Below are positions 61,788-64,000 of a stretch of 64,000 nucleotides of DNA, piece after piece. Each line of letters opens with the position of its first letter. Position 1 is the stretch's first letter. A program made the translations under genes and the position numbers. Under the pieces are notes generated by a model. The model worked only from the letters and a program-made list of their open reading frames with translations. It was not told the DNA's origin and ran no database searches. The stretch covers positions 9,844,898-9,908,897 of the forward strand of contig MU054212.1 in assembly GCA_013239625.1 (NCBI GenBank), in the 5' to 3' direction. The stretch is from Lama guanicoe. Lineage: Eukaryota.

Positions 61788-62277
61788 GCCTTCTCTCCTC
61801 TGTCTCCTCCGTCCACACCAGGAGCGTGGTGGTCAGCCTCTCTGAGGAACAGTGAGCTCTCGCTCTCTGGGGATAATCTAGTGGGGGCTGGTAGTTACCA
61901 GTCAGAGATGCTGAGGATGGGTCTCCTACATCACCATAATGTTCTCTACGGACCCTGTTTCTTCACTGTGATGCGCCCAGCCCCATCCGGAGGAGTGAGT
62001 GATGGCTTCCATGATGATTACGCCACCCCCAGCCCCACCTACTGTCTAACATGTAACCCTCTGGCTGCCTCTCAATTCTCCCAAGTCTGCAGCTGCCTTC
62101 AGCAGTCCAGGCTGCACACTTACCACTTCCTGCATCTGAGGCCGGAGCCACGGGGGAGAGATCTGGAGAGGGGTGTCCGGAACAAGATAAACTGAAGCCA
62201 TTTTGGGGTTACTTCGTGGGTAAGAGAGCATCTGCCTTCTAAAGACCAAACTGAGCCCAGGTGTCAACATGAGCGAG

Positions 62278-62296
62278 AGGCCACCAGTGGGCGCTT
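62278..62296 (+). promoter_or_regulatory. Candidate CTCF site
   Basis: AGGCCACCAGTGGGCGCTT, one core mismatch to CCACCAGGGGGCGC. Confidence 0.4.
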
Positions 62297-63121
62297 GTGT
62301 CTGGGTCTCTGAGGTGGGTCTCCTGTTCTGTCTTCACTCCCAGTGTCATCTCTAAATGTTGGTTGATGCCTACATTCCTACTACAAGAACATACGTCTTT
62401 GAACCTCATTAAAATGCACGTACCCCGGAAAGGAGGCGAGATGTATGTTTTATGATGTCACTCTTGAGTGTGAATAAATATGTCAGTATCCTGAAGGTGC
62501 TACTAGGAAGAGGAGGGACCCTGAAAGGCAGAGGGTCCTGCTGCAGGAGAGAAGAGCAGGGGGAGAGTCCAGAAGGTAGTGACTGGGGGGCCCCAGAAGT
62601 TTTCCCACCTCCGTTGTTGGGGGGAGGGCACCTGTTGCTCCCCCCAGTCTCTGCCCCCCTCACATAGCGACTTCCAAAAGGCCTTCCGACTCCCAGTGAC
62701 ACCCTTGTCAATAAGCTTGCATTGCAGAACCACATTTTGACAACACATTTCCCAAATTTAGTCCCCTAATCCACTCCCAGAATATATTCTACTTTGCACC
62801 CAACAGATGGATTAGAAGCTTAAATCTTCTGCTTGTTCGGAAACCAACCAGAAACCAAAAATGTAAACACTCACACCCTTGCAGGTGTGAGTGCCGTGGC
62901 GGGGGTGGGGGAGACGCCTGGGTAGGCATGTGTGTGAGGACGTGTGCACGTCGGGGCGCTGAGTGCCGCCGCAGGCGTGGGGACCCGGGTGTCATCTGGG
63001 CCCGAGCGGGCGGAGGGGCAATGAGCTGCTTTCTATGAATCCTTCTTGGCTCCCGTGATTTAGGTCTGTGTGTACCAGGTGGGTGTGTAGGGTTGTATGA
63101 GGTCCAAGGCATGAGCCTGAA

Positions 63122-63149
63122 TCCCGATCAGCTGATGTACTGGGGGTCA
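63122..63149 (+). repeat. 28-bp exact direct repeat, copy 2
   Basis: TCCCGATCAGCTGATGTACTGGGGGTCA, identical to 61760-61787. Confidence 0.95.
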
Positions 63150-64000
63150 CTGCGGAGTCAGAGGCCTGAGCTGGGGGGTTCGAGCCCACAGCCCACCCTC
63201 AACATCAGATTCAGAACCAGACGCTAGACTCCAGCCCAGGGCTCACTCCTCTCTGCCAGCTTCTGTTGGAGACCTGGGGGCTTTGAGGGTTTCCCTGTCT
63301 CCATTTTTGACGGGTTCCAGGTTATCATCATGTCAAAGACCACATCTCATCTCCCCTCCATGCATAAAATCTGCTGAAATCTCTGCAAATGGCAAATCTC
63401 TGTTATTTTGAAGGTTGCTGGAGGAGGGGGGGCAGGTGGAAGAGGGGGTTCCAGGGGCACTCATGAGAAATGCAGGGGAACACTGCAGGAGCTGGGTCAT
63501 TGGGGGAAGCAGAGAAGATCTCGGGGAGGTCCCTGAGAAATTTCAGAATCCCTTCCCCACTGTCTTACTTTTTGCCTCATCATTGAAAAATTGCTCAGAA
63601 GGCAATAAAAACAAGGTGTTCTAATTAAACAGATTTGTTTACATGTTGTGGCACGAAAAGCTAATTCAACCTGATATACTGTATGTTCCTGCTGTACTTT
63701 TTCTCCTTTCCTTTATATAAAACTGCCCATTTTTAACTAGTATTGTACTTAAGCATCTTTAAGAGTGTCCTTGATTAAAAGAAGACAAGCAATTTCCTAC
63801 TTCCCACAGCTTTCAGGGGGTTGTGTCAACAGGATGGGAAGGATCGTGGTTGTGGGCAGGGACTCCGTGACATTTCTCTTGCCATTTCTCATGACAGTTC
63901 TTGCCAGAAACGTGGGCTCTCCTGCCAGCTAGGACCCCTAGGTGGGCTCCCACCGGGACCAAGGCACAGAAGACAAGGGTGCTGAGAGTGGGTGGTTCTC

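Noticed and set aside
62880..63020. CpG-rich patch as a second promoter (also 3380-3520 and 59720-59860)
   Set aside because: Short, lacks CCAAT or splice-donor organisation, and one example lies inside an L2; consistent with a locally GC-rich background.

Overview
Mammalian genomic DNA, most likely camelid: it carries three tRNA-Ala(AGC)-derived SINEs of the type I recall as camelid vic-1, plus young cetartiodactyl-type L1 3' ends. I find no intact protein-coding gene. The ORF track is chance ORFs except for L1 ORF2 remnants and part of one RPL12 retrocopy. Supported content: (i) a CpG-dense Pol II promoter and first exon at ~49270-49536 (+), with two E-box/CCAAT modules at identical spacing, E2F/GC-box/CHR-like motifs and a GTATGT splice donor; I cannot name its gene; (ii) a full-length decayed RPL12 processed pseudogene 1.2 kb downstream in sense orientation; (iii) many interspersed repeats (SINEs, young and old L1, MaLR and MER41-like solo LTRs, L2, MIR), several with readable target-site duplications (TSDs); (iv) several AT-rich, repeat-free, motif-rich islands that look like developmental enhancers. 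I see no convincing new biological system. The best leads are the orphan promoter, an exact 28-bp dispersed duplication at 61760/63122, two L1 copies truncated at almost the same base, and a palindrome abutting a tandem duplication. Repeat subfamily names come from recalled consensus sequences, not a database search, and boundaries of the old repeats are approximate.
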